Below, piece by piece: positions 29,749 to 40,292 of a DNA stretch of 64,000 bases; the stretch's first letter is position 1, and each line of letters starts with the position of its first letter. Source of the stretch: Candidatus Heimdallarchaeota archaeon. Lineage in GTDB: Archaea > Asgardarchaeota > Heimdallarchaeia > JABLTI01. The position numbers were made by a program, and so were the translations under genes. Location of the stretch: assembly GCA_019058275.1 (NCBI GenBank), contig JAHLVW010000094.1, positions 32,001-96,000 of the forward strand, read 5' to 3'. Below the pieces are notes generated by a model that searched no databases, was not told where the DNA came from, and saw only the letters and a list, made by a program, of their open reading frames with translations.

Positions 29749-32130
29749 TTACTTGTATTCTTGATTTGATAATTTCACAAATTTCTGACTTTTCTTTGGT
29801 CCTAATCCATCAATAACCTTTAGATCATTTTCTGATGCATTAATAACATTTCTTACTGAACCAAGAGATTCAAGTAAACGTGAAGCTAATGTTCTATTAA
29901 TCCCAGGATATGAACTAATGACTTGAATAGCGCTAGCATTCGGATTAGATAATTTCATTGCTTTTCTAATCATAGGTTTTCTTCTTTTCGATTTTTGCTC
30001 TCTCATAGCTATTCTTTTCAGAATTGTTGCAGTTTCTTCTGAATTTTGTGTCTGTATAATAGAAACACCAAAATCTATCATAAATGATGATAATGCTCCA
30101 GCAATAGCTTCAGGATGTATTCCTCCTGATGGGAACCCCTCCAACAGCAATATTGGAATCTGATATGCGTTTGTAAGTAAACCTAATTGTTCAAATAATC
30201 TTCCATCAATTATTGAAGATAGCAAATCATCACCTTTTTTGTATTCAACAGCAACTCTATCACTTAGAACATAATCTCCACATTCCAATTGCTTGAAATC
30301 AAGATCAATTCCTTCTTTCTTCAAGTAAAATAAAATTTTGCTATTTCTTTCTCGGCTATCAACTATTATTTTTATACTGTCTTCAGATCTAGACTCTTTT
30401 TCTTCTTCTTTTTGATGTAGCTCTTCATTTTGTTGAGGTTTTTCTTGCCCCTTTAGCTCATCTAATGCTAAACGAAACGACTGGAGTTTCTCGCTATATG
30501 GATGCTTCTCTGTTTCTTTATCAGATTCAATTGTAATTTTTCCAGACTCAGCATTTCCTTCATTATTTATTGGAGCAAAAGCTCTTGTATCCTCAACAGG
30601 TTCTTTTCCTAATTCTTCTCTTAACCACATTATATCTTGTAACAATTTATTCATATGGCGCTCTCGAGCATTTGAAATGAAATGTGCAGCAGTATCAAAT
30701 GTATGGTGAGTGGTTAATACAAAGACCTTTCCTTCCTTCTTTCTTCCAGTTCTACCAGATCTTTGGATTTTTCGAATTGCTGAAGCAGTTCCATCATAGA
30801 AGATTACTAAATTACATTCTTCGACATCAAGTCCTTCTTCTAATACACTAGTTGAAACAAGGACTGGAAATTCATCTTTTCTAAAAGCATCTAATATTGC
30901 TATTTGTTTTTTTTGTGATAGACCACCTGAGCTACCTTTACTTTGCCCTACAAACGGTCTAGCGTCTATCCCACGTTCTTCTAAAGCTTCACTGATTGCA
31001 TAACATGTAGCTCTTAAATTGCAAAAAATTAGCACTCTGGAATTAATTAAATCAACTTTATCAAGTATGTCTATTAAATGAAGTAATTTAGGGTGAATTA
31101 CTCCTTGCTTATACAATGATTCGATATTTTCAACCATTTCTCTAAATTCGATTAGATTGAAAAGTCCTTTAATGCTCTTACTATTCTTTTCACGCCAATT
31201 TGTAACTATTGTGTGTGCACTAGGCATTCCTTGACTTTCTATCGTTTCTTTCAAAATTTGAATGTAAATCAAACGATTACAAGCCATTATCTCGATGTAA
31301 TTTGCCCTAAAATTTTTCGAAAGCTGTTTTTTAATTCTAAGTGTCTCACCTTTGTACAAGTACTGGAATTTCTTATCAGTTATGTTTTTGCTCTGTAAAA
31401 ATTCAACTTCTCGATTACCTAGTAAATTAACTACAGATAAAATAGCTTCGAATTCCATTGGTAGAGGAATCTCAATACGTTCAATCTTAGTGTTATGAAC
31501 GTATCTGTTTACTTCCGGGTCTTCCTTTGGTCTACTTTCAATTGCTTCAACGAACAAGTTTTTGCAGATTTCCAATATTGCTTCTTTTTTTGTTCCTGGA
31601 GAAGCAGTTAGAGCAATTATTCTTGCACTTGGATTCATTTGATGAATAATATCTGCAATTGGGACATAATCATAGTCACCTCTTGCTCGATGTGCTTCAT
31701 CAAAGTATACCAAACGACATTTTGCAGGATCTATATGATTATGAATAATGTCATTGCGAATTGTTTGAGGTGTAGCAATTATAATTAAAGCATTTTTAAT
31801 TATTTGTTTACGTTTTTGAGGGGATATCGCTCCTGAAAGTTCAACAATTTGATTTTCAGGTATTTTTAGAAACGATTTGAAAGATTTAACATGTTGGTTA
31901 ATAAGAGGTTTAGTTGGAGCCATTACTAGAACATATTCACCTTTTTTGAATTGCTCTTTTTGAAAAAGATAAGCTATATGTAGAATTGAGATTATTGTTT
32001 TACCAGTTCCTGTTGGTAAAACTACAAGTGTATTTTTACTAATGCAAGTGTTAAGAATCGTTTGTTGAAATAATCTTGGTTCGATTCCTTTTCTTAAATA
32101 GGGATGTTGTATACTCTCCACTGTTGTCAC
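29749..32130 (-). CDS. hef: Hef/FANCM-like DEAH helicase fused to an ERCC4 nuclease
   Basis: PRLFQ, LPTGTGKT, DEAHRA, TASPG, QRSGRTGR; IIVDSRE, GDY, SIIDGRLFEQ, HhH. Confidence 0.93.
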   Translation of the reverse strand: MTTVESIQHPYLRKGIEPRLFQQTILNTCISKNTLVVLPTGTGKTIISILHIAYLFQKEQFKKGEYVLVMAPTKPLINQHVKSFKSFLKIPENQIVELSGAISPQKRKQIIKNALIIIATPQTIRNDIIHNHIDPAKCRLVYFDEAHRARGDYDYVPIADIIHQMNPSARIIALTASPGTKKEAILEICKNLFVEAIESRPKEDPEVNRYVHNTKIERIEIPLPMEFEAILSVVNLLGNREVEFLQSKNITDKKFQYLYKGETLRIKKQLSKNFRANYIEIMACNRLIYIQILKETIESQGMPSAHTIVTNWREKNSKSIKGLFNLIEFREMVENIESLYKQGVIHPKLLHLIDILDKVDLINSRVLIFCNLRATCYAISEALEERGIDARPFVGQSKGSSGGLSQKKQIAILDAFRKDEFPVLVSTSVLEEGLDVEECNLVIFYDGTASAIRKIQRSGRTGRKKEGKVFVLTTHHTFDTAAHFISNARERHMNKLLQDIMWLREELGKEPVEDTRAFAPINNEGNAESGKITIESDKETEKHPYSEKLQSFRLALDELKGQEKPQQNEELHQKEEEKESRSEDSIKIIVDSRERNSKILFYLKKEGIDLDFKQLECGDYVLSDRVAVEYKKGDDLLSSIIDGRLFEQLGLLTNAYQIPILLLEGFPSGGIHPEAIAGALSSFMIDFGVSIIQTQNSEETATILKRIAMREQKSKRRKPMIRKAMKLSNPNASAIQVISSYPGINRTLASRLLESLGSVRNVINASENDLKVIDGLGPKKSQKFVKLSNQEYK

Positions 32131-32499
32131 AAATTTCCACTCAAGACAATTTTTACTACAATAAATAATACAAAGAAATGTATTAAAACAGCTAAATTTT
32201 CTTTGAAAATGATTTTTTCAACATTTAGCTCCTTAAAAACAATTTTTGATGATGTTCTAATGAGGTTATACTCCTTGATAGACCAAACATCTTCAAATGA
32301 GATTGAAAATTCCAATCAACATAAGACTTTTGACATTTATAAGAATAAACAATCAAAGTTAAATGAATCGATTCTAGTTCACTATAATATTGAACAAGGT
32401 TACTACTCGCTACACATATATGCTATAATACTCATTGAAGATAATTTAACTCCATATACAAATGGAGTTATTGATTTAAGAAAGGAATTTAGAAAAGAA

Positions 32500-35418
32500 A
32501 TGAAATCACCTCTGAAAGTTATAGCATCACAAAAAAGAGGAAGCCTTTCATTCATTAGGTATTTTGTCAAAGATTCAGCTGAATTAGAATATGAGCAAAA
32601 AATGAAAGAAAAGTATCCAAATAAAAAAAATCCTAAAAAAAGTAAGTATTTTCCACCCCTATTATTGCTTGTTGCTCATTATTGCGATAAATTCTATATT
32701 CCTGATGAACTAACTTCCCAAATTTCACAAATAACCAAGAATTCGATCATGCATTTTGATAATCTAATTCAAGATGAGATTCATTTAGTTTTACGAACTT
32801 TAGGCAAACCAATTTATCTTAAAGGTGAAAATAGTCTACTCAATTTCCATCTCTTAAGAGAATTACCTGAAAACATAATAAAAAAGCTGACTGATGAAGA
32901 AATACTGATTCCTATTCATAAACTCAAACCTTATTCTAAATTAATTCCAATAGTAAAGAATGCACGAAAAGAAACTCAAGAGCAAGAATTATTGCTTTTA
33001 GAAACTGTAAAACCTGAAGCTATATCACATGTTTATACAACCAAAAATGAATTTCTACCATTATATGAAGAGCGATTTCCATTGATTGTTGTCGGTGAAC
33101 CTAAAGCTAGACGAAATCTAATATTAAACGTATTGAAAAATGCTAATGCTAGATTTCTGATTCTTGATCCTAAGGAAAATTATGGTCGCTTAGCAATGAC
33201 GAACCCTAGAATTCGGGGTTATCTATTAGGAGCAAATTACCTGTTAAATATTATTAATACTGAAGGCAGTAAGATTAGAGAGCAAGTATATGCCTATTGG
33301 TTTGCTAAAATTATTGCAAGTATTTCTGGATTAAGAAACGATTTTGCAAAAACCATTGAAACTTATCTCTTGGGAGCCTATCGTGATCCACAAAACAGAA
33401 CAAAAGCTGTGTTTCAATTCAGAGATTTTGCAAACCAAGAATTGACATCAGAAGTTACTAAAATGGGAAGAGCAGAATCAAATACAATTACCAATGTTTT
33501 ATATCCTTTAGGAACATATGATGAAATTTCGCTCTATACTAGGATAGATCGATCACTATCTTTTGATTCATTATTTGACACAAAAGGAGCGATTATTCAA
33601 TTTGCTAAGAATGATGACCAACTAACTAAGATTGCTTATTTATTTACAGTTTTAAAGTTGCTAAGTGTTCAAAACTATGATCCAAAAATAATCGTTTTAG
33701 ATAATATTGATGAAATTTTTGCACAAAATTACAAGTCACGACAAGATAATGATCTGACTGATTTGATTTCTAGTTTAGCAGAAGAATATTATGTTATTTT
33801 AGGTGCTCGTTCACCATCAAAGATTCAAGAGCTATTCAAAAATACTCGATCTAAATTCATTAATCGTCTTTTAATAAAGGCAGATTGGAATCTCTTAATA
33901 AATGAGTTTAACCTTTCAAAAACTGATACTCTAAATATAAGCAAACTATCAGAAAAGGAATATTTTACACTAGTTCCAGAATTTTCCACAGGCAAATTTG
34001 TAAAGATATGCGCTGAACCAGATACAAAAATGCGTCTCGAAATTGACAACCTCATCAAAGAAAGTAATATTAGAATCATTAAGTCAAATGATTTTATTCG
34101 TGCTGAAGGAATTCCTCCAGAAATACGTAAAGCAATTTTTGATATCATAAAAATACTTAGAGAGAAACCTAAGAAGATGTTTCCAGAAGAAGGAATTGAG
34201 AGCCTAATTTCTGGATGTGCTGAAATGGATATTTTACGAGCTAAGGAAATAGCTCGTAATGAATCATTTGTTAAAATTGTGCAAAGTTCTCCTGACGATT
34301 CACAAGAAACTATCAATCTATTAGTACTAACTGAGCGTGGAGACGAATACTACAAAAGCTATCTAAAACTGAAGAAGCAGATACCAATGATCACTATAAA
34401 ATCTCCTGCTAGTGAGAAGAATTTTGAAAAGGATATTTTCACCATGCTTGGAGAAGTAGATACGCTATTCGAAATGGGTGATAACATATCTGCTATAAAT
34501 CAAATGTTAGAAATTACAGTAAGACTATTGGGAGCATTGCCTGAAAATGATAGATTTGTGAATGGAAAAGATGCAGCAAAGCTTCTAGACCAATGGTCCT
34601 ATTTATCATCCCTGAAAGAAGTTGGCAATGTTGGCAAAGCAAGAAGAATTTCCCAAGAATTTTCTCAAATTGTCACTAATGTTTTGAAATCCATTAAACA
34701 TAGTTTAGTTAAAATAGATGATATTGTGAAGGATAAGAAAAAATCTCGAAAAATAAATATGTCTGAAAAGAAAATCTCCAAAACAGATGTAGATGAGGAT
34801 TTTGAATATAGATTTGATGTGAAAAGTGAACCAAAGAGTTCTTCTGATAAACAAGATCCTTGGAAAAAACAGGTTGAATTGAATAGTGAATCTAGTAACA
34901 CTAAAGGTAAGGATAAAGATTCTAGTTTATTCTTAGCTGCTACTGATGACTTGAAATCAGCTGGATTACCTCATCTTGATTCAACTGGTGATTTTTACAT
35001 ACCAAAAAAGAGCAATATTTTTGAAGAAGATTCCGATGATACATCAACTATTTTTGAACCAACAACAACTGGGGAAGGAAAGGGTAAAAAATCTTCAAAA
35101 ACTCAAAAACAGAAGTCAAAGTTAGATCGAATAAAAAAGAAATTGATGAATAAACTTGCTGAGTATTTGGAGGTTCCAGTTATTGATGATGAGGAATTTA
35201 TTTGGCATTGCTTAGATACTAGATTTAATGGGGCAATTGATGATGGGTATGTAATTTCTGATATTGTTTCAACATTAAAGCAATTATACAAAGACAATAA
35301 CAACAATGCGTTAATCTCAGAAGGGGCGTTAAGTAAATTAGATAAATTACTAAAAAATCCTAAGCTTTTACCTGATAGTTTAGCTATTGATTTAAAAGAA
35401 TACATTCAAGATTTCTAG
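32500..35418 (+). CDS. Degenerate HerA/VirB4-like (FtsK-HerA superfamily) protein with winged-helix-like region and charged tail
   Basis: LIVVGEPKARR (broken Walker A), ILDPKENY, IIVLDNIDEIF (Walker B-like), GARSPSKI. The frame is open from 32104 but overlaps hef, so a later start (32260 or 32500) is likely. Confidence 0.6.
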   Translation: MKSPLKVIASQKRGSLSFIRYFVKDSAELEYEQKMKEKYPNKKNPKKSKYFPPLLLLVAHYCDKFYIPDELTSQISQITKNSIMHFDNLIQDEIHLVLRTLGKPIYLKGENSLLNFHLLRELPENIIKKLTDEEILIPIHKLKPYSKLIPIVKNARKETQEQELLLLETVKPEAISHVYTTKNEFLPLYEERFPLIVVGEPKARRNLILNVLKNANARFLILDPKENYGRLAMTNPRIRGYLLGANYLLNIINTEGSKIREQVYAYWFAKIIASISGLRNDFAKTIETYLLGAYRDPQNRTKAVFQFRDFANQELTSEVTKMGRAESNTITNVLYPLGTYDEISLYTRIDRSLSFDSLFDTKGAIIQFAKNDDQLTKIAYLFTVLKLLSVQNYDPKIIVLDNIDEIFAQNYKSRQDNDLTDLISSLAEEYYVILGARSPSKIQELFKNTRSKFINRLLIKADWNLLINEFNLSKTDTLNISKLSEKEYFTLVPEFSTGKFVKICAEPDTKMRLEIDNLIKESNIRIIKSNDFIRAEGIPPEIRKAIFDIIKILREKPKKMFPEEGIESLISGCAEMDILRAKEIARNESFVKIVQSSPDDSQETINLLVLTERGDEYYKSYLKLKKQIPMITIKSPASEKNFEKDIFTMLGEVDTLFEMGDNISAINQMLEITVRLLGALPENDRFVNGKDAAKLLDQWSYLSSLKEVGNVGKARRISQEFSQIVTNVLKSIKHSLVKIDDIVKDKKKSRKINMSEKKISKTDVDEDFEYRFDVKSEPKSSSDKQDPWKKQVELNSESSNTKGKDKDSSLFLAATDDLKSAGLPHLDSTGDFYIPKKSNIFEEDSDDTSTIFEPTTTGEGKGKKSSKTQKQKSKLDRIKKKLMNKLAEYLEVPVIDDEEFIWHCLDTRFNGAIDDGYVISDIVSTLKQLYKDNNNNALISEGALSKLDKLLKNPKLLPDSLAIDLKEYIQDF

Positions 35419-35419
35419 C

Positions 35420-35917
35420 TCATCTTATTTTATATATTAGACTTGCAATGGATTTTGTAATGTATGGTGCTATTTCATAATCAACAGGTTTCAAAACTGG
35501 TATTATAGATCCTAACTCATTGATTTTTACAATACCAATTCCATTCTTTCTTGCCATTTCGATTTGTTTCTCATCTGTTGGAGCATTATAACTTGATGGA
35601 TATGCAAGTAGTACTCGGTGTGCAAAATTTCTATATAGCAGTGGATGAGTAACCCATAAACCATTTTCAACTTCAATAAAAGTTATTTTACCATCTTTCA
35701 ATGCAGCGACATCAATTCTTACTTTGGAAATATCCTTGCATGCAAGCCTTTTGATCTGGAAATGATAATCATTCAAAACTAATTCTTTTACAACTAAGTA
35801 TCCAAGAGATACAAGATGAGTTCTCAAAATTTCAACAATTCTCTTTTCAGAAAGGCTTTTTCCACTACCTTTTCTTGTTTTTACTTCTTCCATATTCATA
35901 ACCAAATAGTCTATCAC
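35420..35917 (-). CDS. PD-(D/E)XK restriction-endonuclease-like protein
   Basis: SE....L...GY.V.KE, RIDVAA...FIEVE, ARKNGIGI. Confidence 0.75.
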   Translation of the reverse strand: MIDYLVMNMEEVKTRKGSGKSLSEKRIVEILRTHLVSLGYLVVKELVLNDYHFQIKRLACKDISKVRIDVAALKDGKITFIEVENGLWVTHPLLYRNFAHRVLLAYPSSYNAPTDEKQIEMARKNGIGIVKINELGSIIPVLKPVDYEIAPYITKSIASLIYKIR

Positions 35918-36074
35918 TTCTTTACTCGAAAATTTAGCATAAAAAGTTACAATTGTATTGAATTAGCTACTTAAATAGAAAAAATAACAAGTTAGTTATT
36001 GAAATGCTTGTTAAGTAATTCAAACATTCGTGAACTAATACAGTTGAAATTATCACTAATAAAGTTGAAGTAAT

Positions 36075-36905
36075 ATGATGAACAATGGGTTAGAAATAAT
36101 TCCACTCATAGAAACTGTTACAATTAAGAATTATGTAGATTGGTTATTGAATATTATAAAAATAACTGGAATGTCTTTAGGTTCAATAATACTCTTCATC
36201 TTTATTTTTTCAATCGTAATCAATGTATTGATAGCTATGCTTGTTAATTTCTTGCCTTTCCTCAAGGGAATTGTTGTTATTCTTGAATATCTAATGTTGC
36301 CAGGTTCTCTTATGCATATGGTATGGCATGTTCTTGCATTAAAACGATTAAAATATCCAACTACACAAACAATAGCTTTTGGTTTGGGATGGAGTCGAAC
36401 AGGTATAAGATTGAAAAAGCAATTGAAAAGTGTAAGAGAAGGTATAATCTTCTTCTGGGCTCCAATACTTAATCTACCAATCATTGTTGGTTGGGTCATG
36501 CCAGGTGCTTTTTTGTTTCAGTGGTTAGATACACTTGTTGAAGGAACAGTCTTTTATTGGATATGGTTTTATGTTCTAATTTCAATGTTGGTCTTTGCAC
36601 TACCAGACATTCATGATCTGTTTGGTCCACTGTATGTATCACTTGTTAAAGTTCCTGAATTCTACTTATTTACAGTTTTTTATGTAATCATAGCACCAAC
36701 GACATTGATTCTCTGGGGTTGGGGAATTACAATCATTTTCTCTCTTTTATATCTGATAACTGCTTTTTATGAAATTGAAAGGATTTCAAGATATGAAACA
36801 TTAAGATTGAAATTGAATAATTTTGATAAACTGAAAACAAGAAGTAGAGAAACAACAATTTCAAGACAAGTAATCATTGTTCCTGAAGGTGAATATACGG
36901 ATTAA
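36075..36905 (+). CDS. Polytopic membrane protein, degenerate M50B/zincin-like
   Basis: PGSLMHMVWH (HExxH with E replaced by M), WAP, ALPDIHD. Confidence 0.65.
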   Translation: MMNNGLEIIPLIETVTIKNYVDWLLNIIKITGMSLGSIILFIFIFSIVINVLIAMLVNFLPFLKGIVVILEYLMLPGSLMHMVWHVLALKRLKYPTTQTIAFGLGWSRTGIRLKKQLKSVREGIIFFWAPILNLPIIVGWVMPGAFLFQWLDTLVEGTVFYWIWFYVLISMLVFALPDIHDLFGPLYVSLVKVPEFYLFTVFYVIIAPTTLILWGWGITIIFSLLYLITAFYEIERISRYETLRLKLNNFDKLKTRSRETTISRQVIIVPEGEYTD

Positions 36906-36917
36906 TGATATCTGATA

Positions 36918-37664
36918 TTATTCTTTTTTGGATTGAAATTCTGTGAAATCATACAAACTGACAAGATCTTTTTGTAACCTACGTAAGAGAATAATTGGTG
37001 CAATGCGTTCATTTGCTATATTCTTTTCAAAAGCAATCATGAGAATCTCAAGTTGCTTCAAAACATAGCTAGTGTATTGGGGTGTGACTTCTAGTTGAGG
37101 ATTGCCAGATATGAGGTGAATAGTTCCTGTGTATGTTTTGTCACAGATGAGTTTTATAACTTCCCAGAAAAGCTCTTCAGTAATAGCAACGCCTTCATCC
37201 TTCAATTTAGCTAGAATTGCTTCTATCAAAGGTTTAGTTTTGAGCAGCTTAGAAATTTCTCCTAAGAGTTTTGGATCTTCTGGAATAGTCTTCAACAATC
37301 GATAATTGTTCAAGTTGACATATTTTTCGTAAATTTGGTGTTGTGTAGGTATAGCATCGATTTTCGTTTTCATATTAGAACCCACGTACTCACCATCAAA
37401 ACTGAGATCAATTAAATGGATGGGTCCATTAAGATGAAGCAAATTTTTACGCATAAACATATTGACGGGAGCATAGATTTCATTATTGCTCCAGATTTGC
37501 ACTGAAAGATTTTTTCCATATGGATCAGTAAGAACTAGACGCAGATATGACTTTTTGTTTTTTGCAACAAGATCCTTAGCGTCTTTAAGTGTTGCAAATA
37601 TGTTAACATTTCCTGGTTCAGTTAAATCCCTGAAGAAAACAATAGGTTCTTTCTTGTCTGGCAA
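36918..37664 (-). CDS. OB-fold nucleic-acid-binding protein
   Basis: KNKKSYLRLVLTDPYG..SVQIW resembles the RPA/YhaM/DnaE-type OB strand pattern. Confidence 0.6.
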   Translation of the reverse strand: MPDKKEPIVFFRDLTEPGNVNIFATLKDAKDLVAKNKKSYLRLVLTDPYGKNLSVQIWSNNEIYAPVNMFMRKNLLHLNGPIHLIDLSFDGEYVGSNMKTKIDAIPTQHQIYEKYVNLNNYRLLKTIPEDPKLLGEISKLLKTKPLIEAILAKLKDEGVAITEELFWEVIKLICDKTYTGTIHLISGNPQLEVTPQYTSYVLKQLEILMIAFEKNIANERIAPIILLRRLQKDLVSLYDFTEFQSKKE

Positions 37665-37863
37665 TAAAACATTCTCCTTTAATCACTTCTAGTATTCCAA
37701 TACTACACTTAACTTTTAGGCATTTTGGAATTTAACCTTAGTCGTTATCCATATTGTGCTTTATTGAAACACCTTCTGTAATAAAAGCACTAGTAAGCTT
37801 TAAATATCAATACAAATCAGCAAAAAGTAGAAATCAAAAACTTTTCTTGGTGCGAAAAAAGAA

Positions 37864-39513
37864 ATGTCTCAACAAAATATTCCAGTAATATTACTAAAGG
37901 ATGGCACATCAAGAACAAGGGGTAAAGAAGCTCAAAAGAATAACATGAGAGCTGCAATGGCAATAGCTGAAGCAGTAAAATCAACCCTTGGTCCAAAAGG
38001 AAGCGACAAGATGCTTGTAGATTCCTTAGGTGATGTAGTAATTACAAATGATGGTGCCACAATTCTAGATGAAATTGATGTAGAACATCCTGCAGCAAAA
38101 TTGATGACTCAGGTTGCTAAAACACAAGATGAACAAGTGGGAGACGGAACAACTTCTGCTGTCGTTCTTGCTGGTGAACTCCTCAAGAATGCTGATACCT
38201 TAATTGAATTAGGTATCCACCCATCCATTATCATTTCTGGTTATAAGAAAGCTACAGAAAATGCAAAAGAAATTCTTGATAAAATTGCAATTGATATTGA
38301 TCCTGAAGATAAGAAGACTTTAGCTAAAGTTGCTACTACTGCTTTGAATAGCAAAGTAGTTGCAAGTGAAAAAGAGCTAATGTCCAAAATCAGTGTTGAA
38401 GCAGTTTTGCAAATCACAGAAGTACGAAATAGTAAAAGAATTTCTGATCTTGATTGGATTAAACTTGTTCAAAAAGCAGGCAAAGCATTGAAAGACACTG
38501 AATTAATTAAGGGTGTTTTACTTGACAAAGAGGTTGTTCATCCTGGTATGCCAAAATCTATTTCTAGTGCAAAGATTGCTTTAATTGATGATAATATTGA
38601 AATCCAGAAAACAGAATTCAGCGCTGAAATCAAGATTGAAGAAACTAGCCAAATGCAAGCATTTCTTGACAGAGAACAAGAAATGATTGAAGAAATGGTC
38701 CAAAAGATCATTGATTCTGGTGCTAATGTTCTCGTATGTCAAAAGGGTATTGATGACCTTGCCCAACACTTCTTAGCAAAAGCAGGCATTTTAGCAGTCC
38801 GACGAGTTAAGAAAAGCGATATGGAGAAAATAGCTAGAGCAACTACTAGTAAAATCGTTTCAACTCTTAGTGATTTGAAGAAAAGCGATTTAGGTGTTGC
38901 TGGCAGGGTTGAACAAATCAAAATTGGTGATGACGATAATATTCTCATCTCTGAATCAAAGAACCCACGATCAGTAACCATTCTCATTCGTGGTGGAAGC
39001 AAATATATAACTGATGAAGCTGAACGAGCACTAACTGACTCCTTAAGCGTTGTAAGAGATGCTATAGAAGACGGTAAAATTGTTGTTGGTGGTGGAGCTT
39101 CAGAAGTTGAAATTGCATTGGCACTACGAAACCTTGCTGAAAGCATAGGTGGTCGTGAACAACTAGCAATTGAACGATTCGCAACTTCCCTCGAGATAAT
39201 ACCAAAAACACTAGCTGAAAATGCTGGTCTTGATGCAATTGATCTCTTAACTGAAATAAGATCAATGCACACAGGTGCTGAAGGCTTTAAATTTGGTATT
39301 GACCTTTTCAAAGCAAAAGTCAATGACATGGAGAAAGCTGGTATCCTTGAACCATTAAGAGTGAAATCACAAGCAATAAGATCCGCTTCCGAGGCAGCTG
39401 AATTAATTCTGAGAATTGACGATGTTATTGCTGCAAAAGCTAGACCTGGTGGAATGCCCGGTGGTCCAGGTGGTATGCCTCCTGGAATGGGTGGAATGCC
39501 ACCAATGATGTAA
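37864..39513 (+). CDS. ths: Thermosome (group II chaperonin) subunit
   Basis: [27 protein letters not shown]-rich tail. Confidence 0.97.
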   Translation: MSQQNIPVILLKDGTSRTRGKEAQKNNMRAAMAIAEAVKSTLGPKGSDKMLVDSLGDVVITNDGATILDEIDVEHPAAKLMTQVAKTQDEQVGDGTTSAVVLAGELLKNADTLIELGIHPSIIISGYKKATENAKEILDKIAIDIDPEDKKTLAKVATTALNSKVVASEKELMSKISVEAVLQITEVRNSKRISDLDWIKLVQKAGKALKDTELIKGVLLDKEVVHPGMPKSISSAKIALIDDNIEIQKTEFSAEIKIEETSQMQAFLDREQEMIEEMVQKIIDSGANVLVCQKGIDDLAQHFLAKAGILAVRRVKKSDMEKIARATTSKIVSTLSDLKKSDLGVAGRVEQIKIGDDDNILISESKNPRSVTILIRGGSKYITDEAERALTDSLSVVRDAIEDGKIVVGGGASEVEIALALRNLAESIGGREQLAIERFATSLEIIPKTLAENAGLDAIDLLTEIRSMHTGAEGFKFGIDLFKAKVNDMEKAGILEPLRVKSQAIRSASEAAELILRIDDVIAAKARPGGMPGGPGGMPPGMGGMPPMM

Positions 39514-39535
39514 AACTAGCGAAAAAGTTTCTATT

Positions 39536-39565
39536 GAGACCTTTTGGTCTCTTTTTCTTGTTTTT
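39536..39565 (+). terminator. Hairpin plus U-tract after the thermosome gene
   Basis: GAGACC-TTTT-GGTCTC followed by T-rich runs. Confidence 0.6.
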
Positions 39566-39604
39566 TACCAATATAAAATGGTAATGAATTTTTGATATTG
39601 ATAA

Positions 39605-40147
39605 CTAAATTGAGCTTATTGCATTGAGTTCTTTTCTAAGATCATCAATATCTGTGTCTGTAAGGTCTATATCTTCTGCTTCACCAAAATCACTTGGAGA
39701 TACTTTAATTGCTTTAGATTTAATTTCCATTTCTCTTTTCTGCAGCAGTCTTTTCTCTCGAGTCATAAGGTCAGATTGAATGCTTTCATAGAATCCTTTG
39801 AACTGAGTCAAATCATTAGGTGGAATGACCCAAAAACTGTTTGGAATAAAACTAAATGATTCCATACCTAAACCAAAAACACTAGAACGTAGTTTGATTA
39901 AATTACTGAAGTCACCTAAATAAGTAACAATGCATATTTTACCATCTGTTGTAACTGGTAACCAATCAATGGAATTCCTATTTCGTACCAAAGAAACGAT
40001 TCTTCGTAATTTCTTCTCTTTCTCTCCTCCACAATTTTGGAAAACCCATAAAGAACATGAAGTGTCACCCTTCTTTGGATTTCCTTTTCTACTATCTGTA
40101 GGTATTTTTACTGTTTCAATTGAAATCTCACTTTTACCAGTTTTCAT
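39605..40147 (-). CDS. Hypothetical protein
   Basis: ORF with GGAG RBS; acidic C-tail. Confidence 0.6.
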   Translation of the reverse strand: MKTGKSEISIETVKIPTDSRKGNPKKGDTSCSLWVFQNCGGEKEKKLRRIVSLVRNRNSIDWLPVTTDGKICIVTYLGDFSNLIKLRSSVFGLGMESFSFIPNSFWVIPPNDLTQFKGFYESIQSDLMTREKRLLQKREMEIKSKAIKVSPSDFGEAEDIDLTDTDIDDLRKELNAISSI

Positions 40148-40292
40148 TGTTTGAGGACTCCTTTGAACAAGAAAAAAATATCCGTTATAGTATTTTATGT
40201 TTTCTCAAGGAACAAACTTTTGTAAAAGGCTAGTACTACTTTCTCGATAAGATTTTTTAATAGAAAATATAGCTATTTTTGAAGGTATAATA

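Noticed and set aside
32104-32499. N-terminal extension of the 1104-aa ORF
   Set aside because: It overlaps the hef start on the opposite strand and looks like AT-rich divergent promoter sequence; the true start is uncertain but later.
21277-36905. Integrated conjugative element or provirus
   Set aside because: No integrase, relaxase, capsid or att repeats recognised, and core repair genes (radB, hef) are interleaved.
38739-39329. 196-aa antisense ORF and the other short antisense or nested ORFs in the track
   Set aside because: These are shadows of well-supported genes on the opposite strand or frame, with no motifs.
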